From NCBI GenBank assembly GCA_963794325.1, contig CAWCDG010000005.1, forward strand, positions 320,001-384,000: 64,000 bases of DNA, given 5' to 3'. A program made the position numbers and the translations under genes. The notes beneath the pieces were generated by a model. That model saw only the letters and a program-made list of their open reading frames with translations, had not been told where the DNA came from and ran no database searches. Source of the stretch: an uncultured delta proteobacterium (GTDB taxonomy: Bacteria > Desulfobacterota > Binatia > Binatales > Binataceae). Of this stretch, positions 21,419-31,375 are shown in pieces. Positions within the stretch are counted from its first letter, which is position 1. Every line of letters begins with the position of its first letter.

Positions 21419-22189
21419 ATGGCCGAGGAAGTTCTCAAAGTTACACGCCAGCCGAATTATGCGGTGCTGACGCTCAACCGTCCCGAGAAACGCAACGCGC
21501 TCAATCAGCCGTTGATTGACGCGCTCGACCAGGCGCTCCGGAAGTTCGAGAGCGATCGCGAAATCCGCGCGCTGCTGTTGCGTGGCGAGGGCGCGAGCTT
21601 TTGCGCGGGAATCGACCTCAAGGAAGTCGACGAGACCAGCGGCGTCCACAACCCGACTTCGCTCGAGTCGGTATTCGGGCGACTGGAACGGTTTCCGGTG
21701 CCGACTATCGCGGCCGTGCAGGGTGCTGCGCTCGCCGGAGGACTCGAGCTCGCGCTGCATTGCGACCTTCGGATCGCGTCGGAGAACGCGAAGCTCGGCA
21801 TGACGCTCGGACGCGTCGGCCTGATGGTGCCGTATGACTTCACGCGCAAGCTGATCGAGGTTTGCGGATCGGCCAACACCGCGTGGATTCTCTACACCGC
21901 CGACCTGCTCGATGCGGAGCGCGGACGGCATATGAATATCGTTCACGAGGTCGTCGCGGATGCGAAGCTCGCCGAAGCGACCACCGCGCTGGCCGAGAAG
22001 ATCGCGGCCAATGCCCCACTCTCGCTGCGCGCGATGAAGGCGACCGTCCGCAGATGCATGAGCGAGACCTTCGACGCGTGGCACGACGACATGCTGCAGA
22101 TGGCGCGCTCGGTTCGCGAGAGCAGCGACGCCAAGGAAGGCGTGCGCGCGTTCCTCGAAAAGCGCAAGCCGGTGTGGAAGGCGCAGTAG
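21419..22189 (+). CDS. Enoyl-CoA hydratase/isomerase family
   Basis: LNRPEKRNAL, FCAGIDL, GGLELALHCD and EGVRAFLEKRKP motifs. Confidence 0.92.
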   Translation: MAEEVLKVTRQPNYAVLTLNRPEKRNALNQPLIDALDQALRKFESDREIRALLLRGEGASFCAGIDLKEVDETSGVHNPTSLESVFGRLERFPVPTIAAVQGAALAGGLELALHCDLRIASENAKLGMTLGRVGLMVPYDFTRKLIEVCGSANTAWILYTADLLDAERGRHMNIVHEVVADAKLAEATTALAEKIAANAPLSLRAMKATVRRCMSETFDAWHDDMLQMARSVRESSDAKEGVRAFLEKRKPVWKAQ

Positions 22190-22226
22190 CGGTCCTTTGA
22201 TGACGTCGCGGGCGTGGGGCCGAAGA

Positions 22227-22380
22227 ACCTAACCCCTAACCCCTTCCCGAGCGGGAAGGGGAACCGGATGGTTGGGAGTAACCTCTTCCCGAGCGGGAAG
22301 GGGAACCAGCAGGAAGGCAACGCGGCCGTCCTATCCCCCCTCGCCCCCTTTCCAGAATGGAAAGGGGGAACGGAGAGCAG
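22227..22380 (-). repeat. Cluster of REP-like palindromes between convergent genes
   Basis: Two copies of cttcccgagcgggaaggggaacc (22227-22265 and 22279-22307) plus the hairpin ccccctttcc-agaat-ggaaaggggg. Confidence 0.8.
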
Positions 22381-22396
22381 TGCGTTCTGCACTCGC

Positions 22397-23434
22397 CTAT
22401 TCCGAATGTCTGCCCAGTGCGTTGCGGATCGCGGCGGCGCTTTGCAACAGCGAGCTCGGCAGATTCAACGTTCCTGCGACATTTGAATATGGATACAGGC
22501 GCGCATTGATATGCGCGTGCAGCGGGAGGCCCTCGCCCTGGTGAATTTCATAGTCGAGCGGCAACGGCCCGAGGATCATCAGTACGCGATAGATCGCATT
22601 TGCAAACTGCCGCATCTGGTCCGGCGTCAGCTCTGACAGCAGTCCCCGATAGTCGGGCATCACGACGTCGTAGCTGCGCGGGAACAAGCCGATCGGGCTC
22701 GCATAGCTGACGACCGAGTCGCCGCGATCGATTACGAGCTTGAGCCGCTCCATCAGCGCGACCAGCTCGTGCCACAGATGAGGATTCTCGCGCTCGGCCC
22801 GCGCCTCCGCGATCACGGCGGGAAACGGCTCCGGCGATCCGATGATCTGTTGATGCAGATGCGGCTGCGACGCGCCCGACTCGCGGCCCTGATTCTTGCG
22901 AATGACGACGGAACTGACGTTGGGATTTTCCAGCGCGAGGCGCATCACGCGCGCATCGGCTTGCATCAAATGCAGGAAATGCCCGCCGCCGAGCGCTCCG
23001 GTGAACATCAGATCGGCAGCCGTCCGCGGCGCGTCGATAAAATGACGCGGATCCTCGATAACGATGTACGACTCGTTGCGATTCCCGGTCAGCTCGGCAG
23101 GAATCCGCGGGAACAGATTGTTGATCACCCGCACCACCCACGGCGCATCGTGATTCGTCTTCGCACCGGTCCATTCCGGAATTTCATCGCGCGTCACTCT
23201 AAACAGCTCGCGCGTCGTCATGCTTTCGTTGCCCGGGCAGAACGGACACGACCCGGTCGCGTGACGAATTCTTTCAGGATTCAAATGCGGCGTGCCGGGA
23301 GCGGCATCCTCGCGGACGCCGAGCGTGAATGCGAAGCTCTTGCCGCGGACATCGACAACGTATGAAATCACGCCGGTGACCGGATTTTTGATCCACACCA
23401 GCGCGCCATCACGAATTTCGCATTCTATCGGCAT
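22397..23434 (-). CDS. GalT-like (HIT superfamily) nucleotidyltransferase
   Basis: CPFCPGNE, VRVINNLFP and GASQPHLHQQ (HxHxQ). Confidence 0.78.
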   Translation of the reverse strand: MPIECEIRDGALVWIKNPVTGVISYVVDVRGKSFAFTLGVREDAAPGTPHLNPERIRHATGSCPFCPGNESMTTRELFRVTRDEIPEWTGAKTNHDAPWVVRVINNLFPRIPAELTGNRNESYIVIEDPRHFIDAPRTAADLMFTGALGGGHFLHLMQADARVMRLALENPNVSSVVIRKNQGRESGASQPHLHQQIIGSPEPFPAVIAEARAERENPHLWHELVALMERLKLVIDRGDSVVSYASPIGLFPRSYDVVMPDYRGLLSELTPDQMRQFANAIYRVLMILGPLPLDYEIHQGEGLPLHAHINARLYPYSNVAGTLNLPSSLLQSAAAIRNALGRHSE

Positions 23435-23520
23435 CGGAACGTGATCACCTTTAACAATTGCCGCGACGCCATTACAACGCGCGCTCGAAACCGTTGCGAG
23501 CCGTGTTCAACCGGGTCGCC

Positions 23521-23697
23521 TTGACTCTGCCCACCGGCTCCGTTATCCCAAGTGGTGAGGATGAGGACCCGGCAAACCGGGACGAATCGGGGACTGGCGA
23601 TCCGCAGGCGCGGGTACCAGCCTTTTTTTTGGTTCTTCTTTTTCAGTGTCTCGTTTCCCGGTATTCGCGAGTCTCCTACGCCTTTGAATAGTTGAAA
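23521..23697 (+). promoter_or_regulatory. Putative promoter and leader (hairpin + U-run; 44-codon Phe-rich uORF)
   Basis: TTGACT-17bp-TATCCC; ccgc-aggc-gcgg stem followed by 8 T; ATG 23561..TGA 23695 ends 2 nt before the next ATG. Confidence 0.35.
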
Positions 23698-24849
23698 ATG
23701 CCGCAAATCAAGAAATATTTGTTCACGCCCGGACCGGCGCCGGTGCCGCCCGAGGTTCTGCTCGAGATGGCGCGTCCCATCATCCACCATCGCACGCCCG
23801 AGTTCAGCGCCGCACTCGACCAAGCGCGCGATCGGATGAAGCCGCTCTACGGCACTTCGGGCGAAGTGATCCTGCTCGCATCCACGGGGACTGGCGCGAT
23901 GGAAGCGGCGGTTATCAATCTGCTGCAGCCGGGCGACCACGCGATCTACGTCAACGGCGGCAAGTTCGGCGAGCGATGGGGCAAGCTGCTCGCCGCCTTC
24001 GGCATGGTCGGGCACGAGGTGCGCGTCGAATGGGGCCGAGCGGCACGGCCTGGACAAATCGAGGATGCGTTCAAGGCGTTTCCCGAATCGCGCGCCGTGC
24101 TGGTGCAAGCCAGCGAAACTTCGACTTGCGCGGTGCATCCGGTGGCCCCGATCGGCGAGGTCACCCGCAAACGCGGCGCGATGCTGATCGTTGACGGCAT
24201 CACGTCGGTCGGCGTGTTCGAGCAGAAGATGGACGAATGGGGCGTTGACGCATTCGTCACCGGCAGCCAGAAAGCGCTCATGCTGCCGCCAGGCCTCGGG
24301 ATGGTCGCGCTGTCGGCGCGCGCGATCGATGTCGCAAAGACAGTCAAGACGCCGCGCTTCTATTTCGATCTGCTGAAAGAATTGAAGGCGCAGCGCGACG
24401 AGCATACCACCGCGTGGACTGCGGCCGTGTCGCTGATTTTCGGACTTAACAAATCGCTCGAACTGATTCATGCGGAAGGTCTGCCGCAGGTTTACGCGCG
24501 TCATGCGCTGATGGCCGAGGCGACGCGCGACGCGGCTGCCGCACTCGGGATGAAACTGCTATCACCGGACAATCCCGCACCCGGCGTCACCGGCATTCTG
24601 ATTCCCGAGGGTCTTGACGGCGGCAAGCTGGTCAAGTTCCTGCGCGACAGTCTCGGCGTGTCGGTGCAGGGCGGACAGGATCAGATGAAGGGCAAGCTCG
24701 TACGCATCGGGCACATGGGCCATCTGAGCCCGTTTGATACGCTAATCGCGGTCAGCGCGCTCGAGATGGGACTGAAACATATCGGCGCAAACATTCAACT
24801 TGGCGCCGGCGTCGCAGCAGTTCAGGCGCGCCTGGCACGGAGCATCTGA
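23698..24849 (+). CDS. Class V PLP aminotransferase (serine-pyruvate/phosphoserine aminotransferase type)
   Basis: LFTPGP, IHHRTPEF, STGTGAMEA, TGSQKALMLPPG and RIGHMG motifs; directly upstream of serA. Confidence 0.9.
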   Translation: MPQIKKYLFTPGPAPVPPEVLLEMARPIIHHRTPEFSAALDQARDRMKPLYGTSGEVILLASTGTGAMEAAVINLLQPGDHAIYVNGGKFGERWGKLLAAFGMVGHEVRVEWGRAARPGQIEDAFKAFPESRAVLVQASETSTCAVHPVAPIGEVTRKRGAMLIVDGITSVGVFEQKMDEWGVDAFVTGSQKALMLPPGLGMVALSARAIDVAKTVKTPRFYFDLLKELKAQRDEHTTAWTAAVSLIFGLNKSLELIHAEGLPQVYARHALMAEATRDAAAALGMKLLSPDNPAPGVTGILIPEGLDGGKLVKFLRDSLGVSVQGGQDQMKGKLVRIGHMGHLSPFDTLIAVSALEMGLKHIGANIQLGAGVAAVQARLARSI

Positions 24850-24856
24850 AACTCAC

Positions 24857-26452
24857 ATGGCGGAAACTTTCCGCGTCCTTTTAAGCGACTCGCTTGCGGC
24901 GCAGGGGATCGAAGTCCTCAAGCGCTTCCCGCAGTTACAGTTCGAGGTCAAGACCGGACTCAAGCCCGACGAGCTGGCGAAAATAATCGCGCCCTACGAC
25001 GCGCTGTTGATTCGCAGCGGCACTCGGGTCACACGCGAACTGATCGATGCGGCCACGTCGCTCAAAGTGATCGGGCGCGCAGGGGTCGGCGTCGACAACG
25101 TCGATCTCGAAGCGGCGACGCGTCGCGGAATCGTCGTGATGAACAGCCCGACCGGCAATAGCGTGACGACCGCGGAGCATGCGGTGACCATGATGATGGC
25201 GCTGGCGCGGCACATCCCGGCGGCTAACGCCTCGATTCATGCTGGAAAATGGGATCGCAGCAAATTCACCGGCACCGAGGTGTGCAACAAAACGCTGGGC
25301 GTCGTTGGCCTCGGTAACATCGGGCGAATCGTTGCGGACCGCGCGATCGGGCTCAAGATGAAAGTGATCGGCTACGATCCGATCCTGACGGCGGAAGCTG
25401 CCGCGCGGGTGGGTGTCGAGCTGGTCAGCCTTGACGAGCTTTTCAAGCGCGCCGATTTCATTACCGTTCACACTCCGCTGACTGACGATACGCGCGGAAT
25501 CGTAGGCGCTGCGGCGTTCGCGAAAATGAAGAAGGGCGTGCGAATCATCAACTGTGCGCGCGGCGGAATCGTCGATGAAACCGCGCTCGCCGAGGCGCTG
25601 AAATCCGGCAAAGTAGCAGGCGCCGCGCTCGACGTGTTCGTCGAGGAGCCGCCGCCCGCCGACCATCCGCTGCTCCAGTACGATTCCGTGATTGCAACGC
25701 CGCACCTCGGCGCCGCCACCGACGAGGCGCAAGTCCAGGTCTCGGTCGATATCGCGCATCAGGTCGCGGAGTTTCTGATCGACGGAACGATTCGGCAGGC
25801 GGTCAATATCCCGGCGCTATCGACCAAAGAACTCGAGATACTCGGGCCTCATCTCATGCTCGGCGAAAAGCTGGGCAGGCTCGCTGCGCAATTAATCACC
25901 GACGCGCCGACCGAACTGACGCTCGCGTTCGGCGGTGAGGCGGCGAACCTCAAGCCCGACGCAATCACCGCCGCCGTGTTGAAGGGCTTGATGAGCGGGT
26001 TCCTCGAAGAGGATCTGAACTACGTCAACGCGCCTTTCATCGCTCGCGAGCGCGGGATCAGCATTATCGAAACGCGCTCGCGCGAGGTGACCGACTACGT
26101 GAACACCTTGACGCTCACGGTTCGCACCGGCGCCGGCGAGCATGAAGTCTCCGGGGCAGTGCTGGGAAATCGCGCGCTGCGCCTGACTCGCATCGACGGA
26201 TACCGCGTCGAGGCGGTACCCGAGGGCTATTTCCTGATGCTGCACAACCGCGACGTGCCGGGCGTAGTGGGCGCCGTGGGTACGATGCTCGGGCAGGCCG
26301 GGATAAATATTGGCGGCCTGGAACTCGGCCGCGATCGCGTGGGAGGAACCGCGCTCAGCATTTTCGAAGTGGACGAGCCGGTGCCGGGCGCCGTCCTCGA
26401 CAAGCTCAAGACGTTGCCAGCGATTACCGCGGCGTCGCTACTCAAGCTCTGA
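24857..26452 (+). CDS. serA: D-3-phosphoglycerate dehydrogenase (long form with ASB and ACT domains)
   Basis: [29 protein letters not shown] and C-terminal [12 protein letters not shown] domain. Confidence 0.95.
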   Translation: MAETFRVLLSDSLAAQGIEVLKRFPQLQFEVKTGLKPDELAKIIAPYDALLIRSGTRVTRELIDAATSLKVIGRAGVGVDNVDLEAATRRGIVVMNSPTGNSVTTAEHAVTMMMALARHIPAANASIHAGKWDRSKFTGTEVCNKTLGVVGLGNIGRIVADRAIGLKMKVIGYDPILTAEAAARVGVELVSLDELFKRADFITVHTPLTDDTRGIVGAAAFAKMKKGVRIINCARGGIVDETALAEALKSGKVAGAALDVFVEEPPPADHPLLQYDSVIATPHLGAATDEAQVQVSVDIAHQVAEFLIDGTIRQAVNIPALSTKELEILGPHLMLGEKLGRLAAQLITDAPTELTLAFGGEAANLKPDAITAAVLKGLMSGFLEEDLNYVNAPFIARERGISIIETRSREVTDYVNTLTLTVRTGAGEHEVSGAVLGNRALRLTRIDGYRVEAVPEGYFLMLHNRDVPGVVGAVGTMLGQAGINIGGLELGRDRVGGTALSIFEVDEPVPGAVLDKLKTLPAITAASLLKL

Positions 26453-26539
26453 ATTTATTTTGCGCATGAGGCATTTCAGCCCGATAGGTGTGCGCGGAGA
26501 TCCGCGAAAAGCGAAATTGAGGCTGGTCGGGGGAGAGAC

Positions 26540-27835
26540 ATGAAAACAGTTGCGGTGGTCGGCACGCAGTGGGGCGATGAGGGCAAGGGCAAGATCGTCG
26601 ATATGCTCGCGGCCGACGCCGATGTGGTCGTCCGCTTCCAGGGCGGAAACAACGCCGCGCACACGCTGGTAGTTGGCGGCAAGAAATTTGTCCTGCGGCT
26701 GGTGCCCGCCGGCGCGCTGCATCCGGGCAAGGCTTGCGTGATTGGCAATGGCCTGGTCGTCAATCCGATTGCGCTGCTCAGCGAAATCGCAGACCTCAAA
26801 CGCAGCGGCCATCTAGCCGACGACAGCCTGTTCAAGATCAGTTACGAAGCGCACATGGTGATGCCGTATCATCTCGCGATCGATCGCGCGCGCGAGGCGC
26901 GGGCGGGCAAGCGCGCAATCGGCACGACCGGATTCGGAATCGGCCCTGCCTACGAAGACAAGATGGCGCGCGTGGGACTGCGCTTCGAGGATTTGCTCGA
27001 TTTCAAATTCTTCGAGGAGAAACTTCGCCGTAACATCGTCGAGAAGAACGCGTATCTGAAGGCATTGCTGAAGACCAAACCGATCAAGGCCGACGAAACT
27101 GTCGACGCAATGAAAAAAGCCCGCCGCCGGCTGCTCCCGTATTTGTGCGACACCGGCGCGTTCGTCAGCGAAGCGATCGACTCCGGCCAGCGCGTCCTGT
27201 TCGAGGGCGCTCACGGCACGATGCTGGATATCGATCATGGCACCTACCCGTTTGTGACCTCGTCGAGTTGCGTCGCAAGCGCAGTCTTCAGCGGTACCGG
27301 CATCGGACCGGGCAATCTGGAAGCGGTGCTCGGCATCAGCAAGGGCTACACGACGCGCGTCGGCGCGGGACCGTTCCCAAGCGAGTTCACCGGCTACCTC
27401 GCCGATTCGTTGCGCGAAGAGGGCGACGAGTTCGGCGCCGCGACCGGGCGTCCACGGCGAATCGGATGGTTTGATGCGGTGCTTGCGCGCTACACGGCTC
27501 GCGTCAACGGGATGTGGGCGCTCGCGCTGACCAAGCTCGACGTTTTGACCGGAATCGATCCGATTAAGATTTGCGTCGGCTACATCGTGAAAGGGAAGCG
27601 TTACGACGATATGCCGCCGTCGCATCGGATGCTCATCAACGCCAAACCTATCTTCGAAGAGATGCCTGGCTGGAGCGAGAGTCCGGCAGGCGCGCGCACG
27701 CTCGCCGAATTGCCCTCGAGCGTGCGGCGCTACGTAGATCGAATCAGCGAGCTGGTGGGAGTGCCCATCGCAATGATCGGCGTAGGCAAGGAGCGTGAAG
27801 CGACGATCGTGATCAGCAATCCTTTCGCCGACTAA
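26540..27835 (+). CDS. purA: Adenylosuccinate synthetase
   Basis: QWGDEGKGK, GIGPAYEDK, GTYPFVTSS, TGRPRRIGW and TKLDVL motifs. Confidence 0.97.
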   Translation: MKTVAVVGTQWGDEGKGKIVDMLAADADVVVRFQGGNNAAHTLVVGGKKFVLRLVPAGALHPGKACVIGNGLVVNPIALLSEIADLKRSGHLADDSLFKISYEAHMVMPYHLAIDRAREARAGKRAIGTTGFGIGPAYEDKMARVGLRFEDLLDFKFFEEKLRRNIVEKNAYLKALLKTKPIKADETVDAMKKARRRLLPYLCDTGAFVSEAIDSGQRVLFEGAHGTMLDIDHGTYPFVTSSSCVASAVFSGTGIGPGNLEAVLGISKGYTTRVGAGPFPSEFTGYLADSLREEGDEFGAATGRPRRIGWFDAVLARYTARVNGMWALALTKLDVLTGIDPIKICVGYIVKGKRYDDMPPSHRMLINAKPIFEEMPGWSESPAGARTLAELPSSVRRYVDRISELVGVPIAMIGVGKEREATIVISNPFAD

Positions 27836-28004
27836 GTTCGTTTTTCTGCTCTCGTCGGGTTTCCAAGCTCGCCTGGATAGCCTCGAGGATGTTGGCGAGA
27901 GCTTCAGCTTCTGTTCGGCCCTGAGACAGGCAACCCGGAAGGGCCGGGCACTCCACGACGATGAAACCTGCTTCGTCGGGTTCGAGGGTTACTAGAAACT
28001 TCAT
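27813..28004 (-). CDS. hicB: HicB family antitoxin (short, orphan)
   Basis: MKFLVTLEPDEAGFIVVECPALPGCLSQGRTEAEALANILEAI; 63 aa. Confidence 0.82.
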   Translation of the reverse strand: MKFLVTLEPDEAGFIVVECPALPGCLSQGRTEAEALANILEAIQASLETRREQKNELSRRKDC

Positions 28005-28051
28005 GCTTTCACTCTGGCGCACGGAATCAGAGAACGAATCCTGAGTACTCC

Positions 28052-29243
28052 CTACACTGCGCACACTGCTGCCAGGCTTGAGATTGCGACGCCGCGGCGT
28101 CCCAGACGCACGTCGTTGCGATCGAATCCGTTGGTCGTGTAGCCGATCGAAATTCCTGTCGCCGGATCGGCCCATCCAATCTGCCCGCCCGCGCCGCCAT
28201 GACCGAATGCCAGCGCCGAGTTGGTCTTGCCGAAGCCGCGATAGTTCGCGAGCCCGTCGCCACCGGCCACGACGACTCCCAGCGCGCGGTTGCACTTCAC
28301 GCCGAAAATCGGATCCTTGTAATCGCCGGAACGCACGCGCAACGCATCCTTGAGCGCTTCAGGCTTGATGATCGGTGCGCCGTCGATGCTTCGATTGTGC
28401 AGAAGTCCCTGGTAGAACAGCGCGAGGTCGCCCGCCGTCATCACTCCGCCGCCGCCCGGCACGCCGGCTTCCATCACATTCGGGCGGTTGAAGCCGAGGA
28501 TCGCATCTTCGGTAACTTCGGTCACAGGCATCGGAGGCAGTCCGAGTTTCTTCCGCTCCTCATCGGATAGCGCCTCGCCGACGTAGCAAAGTTGCGCGAC
28601 GCGATTTTGATATTCGCGCGGCAAGCCGACCCGCAGTTCCGGCAGTCCGAGCGGCGTGGAAATCCGTTCATGCACGAATTGACGAAAATCCTTGCCGGTG
28701 CGCCGCTCGATTATTTCCGCGATCACCCAGAAGCCTGAGGTCGGGTGATATTCGAACTTGCTGCCCACCGGCCATTCGAGCCGCCATTTCGCGAATCGCT
28801 CGAGGCGCTTGCTCTTGTCGATCCAATCATCCTGCGGATATGGCGCGTTGGGAAATCCGCCGACGTGCAGCAGGACCTGCTCGACAGTCATCTTGTCCTT
28901 TCCGTTAGTGCCGAACTCGGGGATGATCTCCGCGACGACCTCGCTGGTTTTGAGCTTGCCTTCGCCGATCAGAATCCACGATGCCGCCGACATGATCGCC
29001 TTGGTGCACGAGAAGATCACGTAGAGCGTTTCGTTGGTGGCGGCTTTTTCAGTGCCACCCTGGACTGCGCGGCCGACCGTGCGCATCGCACCGATCTTTC
29101 CGTTGCGTGCAATCGCGATCTGCGTCGATGGCAGCAAGCCCGTCTTTGACTTCGCGCTCCGCTCGACTGAAAAGCGCTTCTACCTTTGCGGGATCGAGAC
29201 CTACATCGCGTGGGCTATCTGCAAAATGAGTTTGCGCGGGCAT
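28052..29243 (-). CDS. Serine hydrolase, beta-lactamase family; frameshift near 29140
   Basis: IFSCTK (SxxK), FEYH and FGHGG motifs. The N-terminus MPAQTHFADSPRDVGLDPAKVEAL lies in the adjacent frame. Confidence 0.85.
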
Positions 29244-29303
29244 CGCGTTACACCTCTCCGGAGAATTGTGGTCCTCGGGATATAACACAGCAGAGCGGAT
29301 TCG

Positions 29304-30218
29304 TCATTCGGACTGAGTGCGTGCCCGGCCCTGCGCCGAAATCCATCCCGCCCGGCCGGGGAGCGTGGTACGAATCACCTCGCACGCCGGCAATTCTGCG
29401 CGATTCAGCCGCGATGCGATCTTGCGCAGTTGTACGAATGTCGCGCCCTGCTCCTTTAGCGCGCGGATCAGCGCGGTAAAGCTATCCAGCTGGCTCATCC
29501 CTTCGGTCTCGGCGTGAATCGTATGCACGTTGAGCGCGTCGGGCTTACACAAGCCCAGGTAAAACTCGCGCACCGCACTGTCATCGGACAAATCGCGGCG
29601 TCCCATCACCTCGTCGAGCGTCGGCAGCGTCGTCGGAATTTCGGGCGTCGCGAGGACTCGCCTCTCGACAATGCATCGGTACGGCGCGACACCTCGCGTG
29701 TCACTACGATAGTCCAGGCCCATCGCATCGAGAGCGAGCAGCGCCGCATTGTTGGTACGCCACCCGGGAGCGGCGAAACTCTTCGACGGTTCACCAAGGA
29801 TCGCGCGGTACGCCTCGAAGGCGTCGCCGAGTTCGTTACGCACACCGGCCTCGCCGATGTCGTCGAGGTGATCCTGCCATCGCACGTGATCGTAGCCGTG
29901 CACGCCAACCTCGAAGCCGCGCGCTTTCAGATCGCGAATGATGTTGGGAAACGACAGTGCAATCGGCCGCGACGGCAGCAGCGTCCCGGACAGAATCGTA
30001 CGCGTGCCGTACATCGAAACAGCCTTGGTGCGAAACATCTTCGATAGGAATCCTCGATTTCGAAACACGCGCAGAATTGCGCGGCCGGAATTGTCAGGAC
30101 CCATCGTGATATAGAAGCTCGCCGCGACGCCTTCGCGCTCGAGCATCGAGGCCAGCCGCGGCACGCCCAATTCGAGCCCCTGATGGGTATCGACGTCGAT
30201 CTTTAGTGCGACTTCCAC
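29304..30218 (-). CDS. arnD: Polysaccharide deacetylase, ArnD-like deformylase
   Basis: ALKIDVDT, GPDNSGRA, HGYDHVRWQD, IPTTLPTLDE and HTIHAETEG; arn cluster context. Confidence 0.85.
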   Translation of the reverse strand: MEVALKIDVDTHQGLELGVPRLASMLEREGVAASFYITMGPDNSGRAILRVFRNRGFLSKMFRTKAVSMYGTRTILSGTLLPSRPIALSFPNIIRDLKARGFEVGVHGYDHVRWQDHLDDIGEAGVRNELGDAFEAYRAILGEPSKSFAAPGWRTNNAALLALDAMGLDYRSDTRGVAPYRCIVERRVLATPEIPTTLPTLDEVMGRRDLSDDSAVREFYLGLCKPDALNVHTIHAETEGMSQLDSFTALIRALKEQGATFVQLRKIASRLNRAELPACEVIRTTLPGRAGWISAQGRARTQSE

Positions 30219-30267
30219 GCGGAGCGAATCGCAGGCAGCTAGCAGGCCGTTGATAAATCACGGCTTG

Positions 30268-30320
30268 CTCCCCCTCTCTTATCTCCCCCGCAAAAGAGCG
30301 GGAGAGAAGATAAAGGAAAG
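30268..30320. repeat. Imperfect intergenic hairpin (REP-like)
   Basis: tcttatctcccccgc-aaaaga-gcgggagagaagata inverted repeat inside the arn operon. Confidence 0.45.
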
Positions 30321-30394
30321 CAGCCAGCTTTTACGCAGGGTGTTGATATCACATTTGCGAAATGATTCATCGTCGGAGTTTTCTCAACACCCTG

Positions 30395-31360
30395 CTAGGA
30401 AGCCATCTCTTTGCGGAACCAGTCCATCGAGATTTTCACGCCGTCGCGCAGGTTTACCTTCGGCGTGACCTTCAGCAACGTACGCATCTTGGTGTTGTCG
30501 GGAACGCGGCGCGGGATGTCCTCGTAGCTATTGCCGTACACTTCTTCTTGCGTAACGAATTTGATTTTCGATTTCGTCGGCCCGAACAATTCGAGCATCA
30601 GCTTGGCGAACTCGAGCACTGTCGTCTCGACATCGACGCCGATGTTAATCGCCTCGCCGTCTGCCGCGGGATTCACTCCCGCCTGCACGGTAGCCTCGAT
30701 CGCATCGGTGACGTACGTGAAGCATCGCGTCTGCAAGCCGTCGCCGACGACAGTCAGATCGGCGCCGCGCAGCAGTTGGCCCATGAAGATCGTAAACAGC
30801 CGGCCCACATCGACCTTGTCGAGCCTCGGGCCGTACGCGTTGAAATAGCGGACGACCGTAACCGGCATCCCGAGCTTGTGATACGCGAAACAGAAATGCT
30901 CGCCTACTGCCTTCGACGTCGAGTAGCACCAGCGGTCGATGCTGGTCGCGCCAAGCACGCGATCATCGTCCTCGCGCCACGGCACTTTCGGATTGCGTCC
31001 GTACACTTCGGAGGTCGAGCTGAAGACCACGCGCTTGTTGTGCTTGTAGGCGGCCTTCAGCACGTTCTGCGTGCCGTTTACGTTTACGTTCAGCGTCTCG
31101 TAGGGATCAGCAACGTAGTGCTCGACGCCGACGACCGCCGCGAGATGGTAAAGCAGATCGACCTTCGAGACGAGACTATCGATCAACTCGACGTTGAACA
31201 CTGAATCGTGCACGTAGTGAAACCGCGGATTGTTCAGGATATGACGAACTTTGGCGATCGAGCCGGTGTCCAGCACGAAAACCTCGTCGCCACGCGCGAT
31301 GAACGCATCCGAAAGATGTGATCCGAGAAATCCGGCACCGCCGGTTATGAGAACCCGCAT
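30395..31360 (-). CDS. NAD-dependent epimerase/decarboxylase (ArnA C-terminal-domain-like)
   Basis: GGAGFLG, STSEVYG, RWCYSTSK and YFNAYGPR motifs. Confidence 0.85.
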   Translation of the reverse strand: MRVLITGGAGFLGSHLSDAFIARGDEVFVLDTGSIAKVRHILNNPRFHYVHDSVFNVELIDSLVSKVDLLYHLAAVVGVEHYVADPYETLNVNVNGTQNVLKAAYKHNKRVVFSSTSEVYGRNPKVPWREDDDRVLGATSIDRWCYSTSKAVGEHFCFAYHKLGMPVTVVRYFNAYGPRLDKVDVGRLFTIFMGQLLRGADLTVVGDGLQTRCFTYVTDAIEATVQAGVNPAADGEAINIGVDVETTVLEFAKLMLELFGPTKSKIKFVTQEEVYGNSYEDIPRRVPDNTKMRTLLKVTPKVNLRDGVKISMDWFRKEMAS

Positions 31361-31375
31361 GTGACCTCCGCGAAA

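Noticed and set aside
15985-22307. ttagggg/cccctaa telomere-like motif and possible CRISPR repeats
   Set aside because: Only 2-3 copies, part of a REP-like hairpin, with no regular spacers and no cas genes.
23540-23625. Resemblance to SAM-I, c-di-GMP-I or ZTP riboswitch words (ttatc, ggcaaacc, gactggcg)
   Set aside because: Only isolated words match. The paired helices and downstream conserved motifs could not be built, so no ncRNA family was assigned.
28052-29243. Beta-lactam resistance gene
   Set aside because: The SxxK family includes many esterases; there is no class A/C-specific signature or resistance context.
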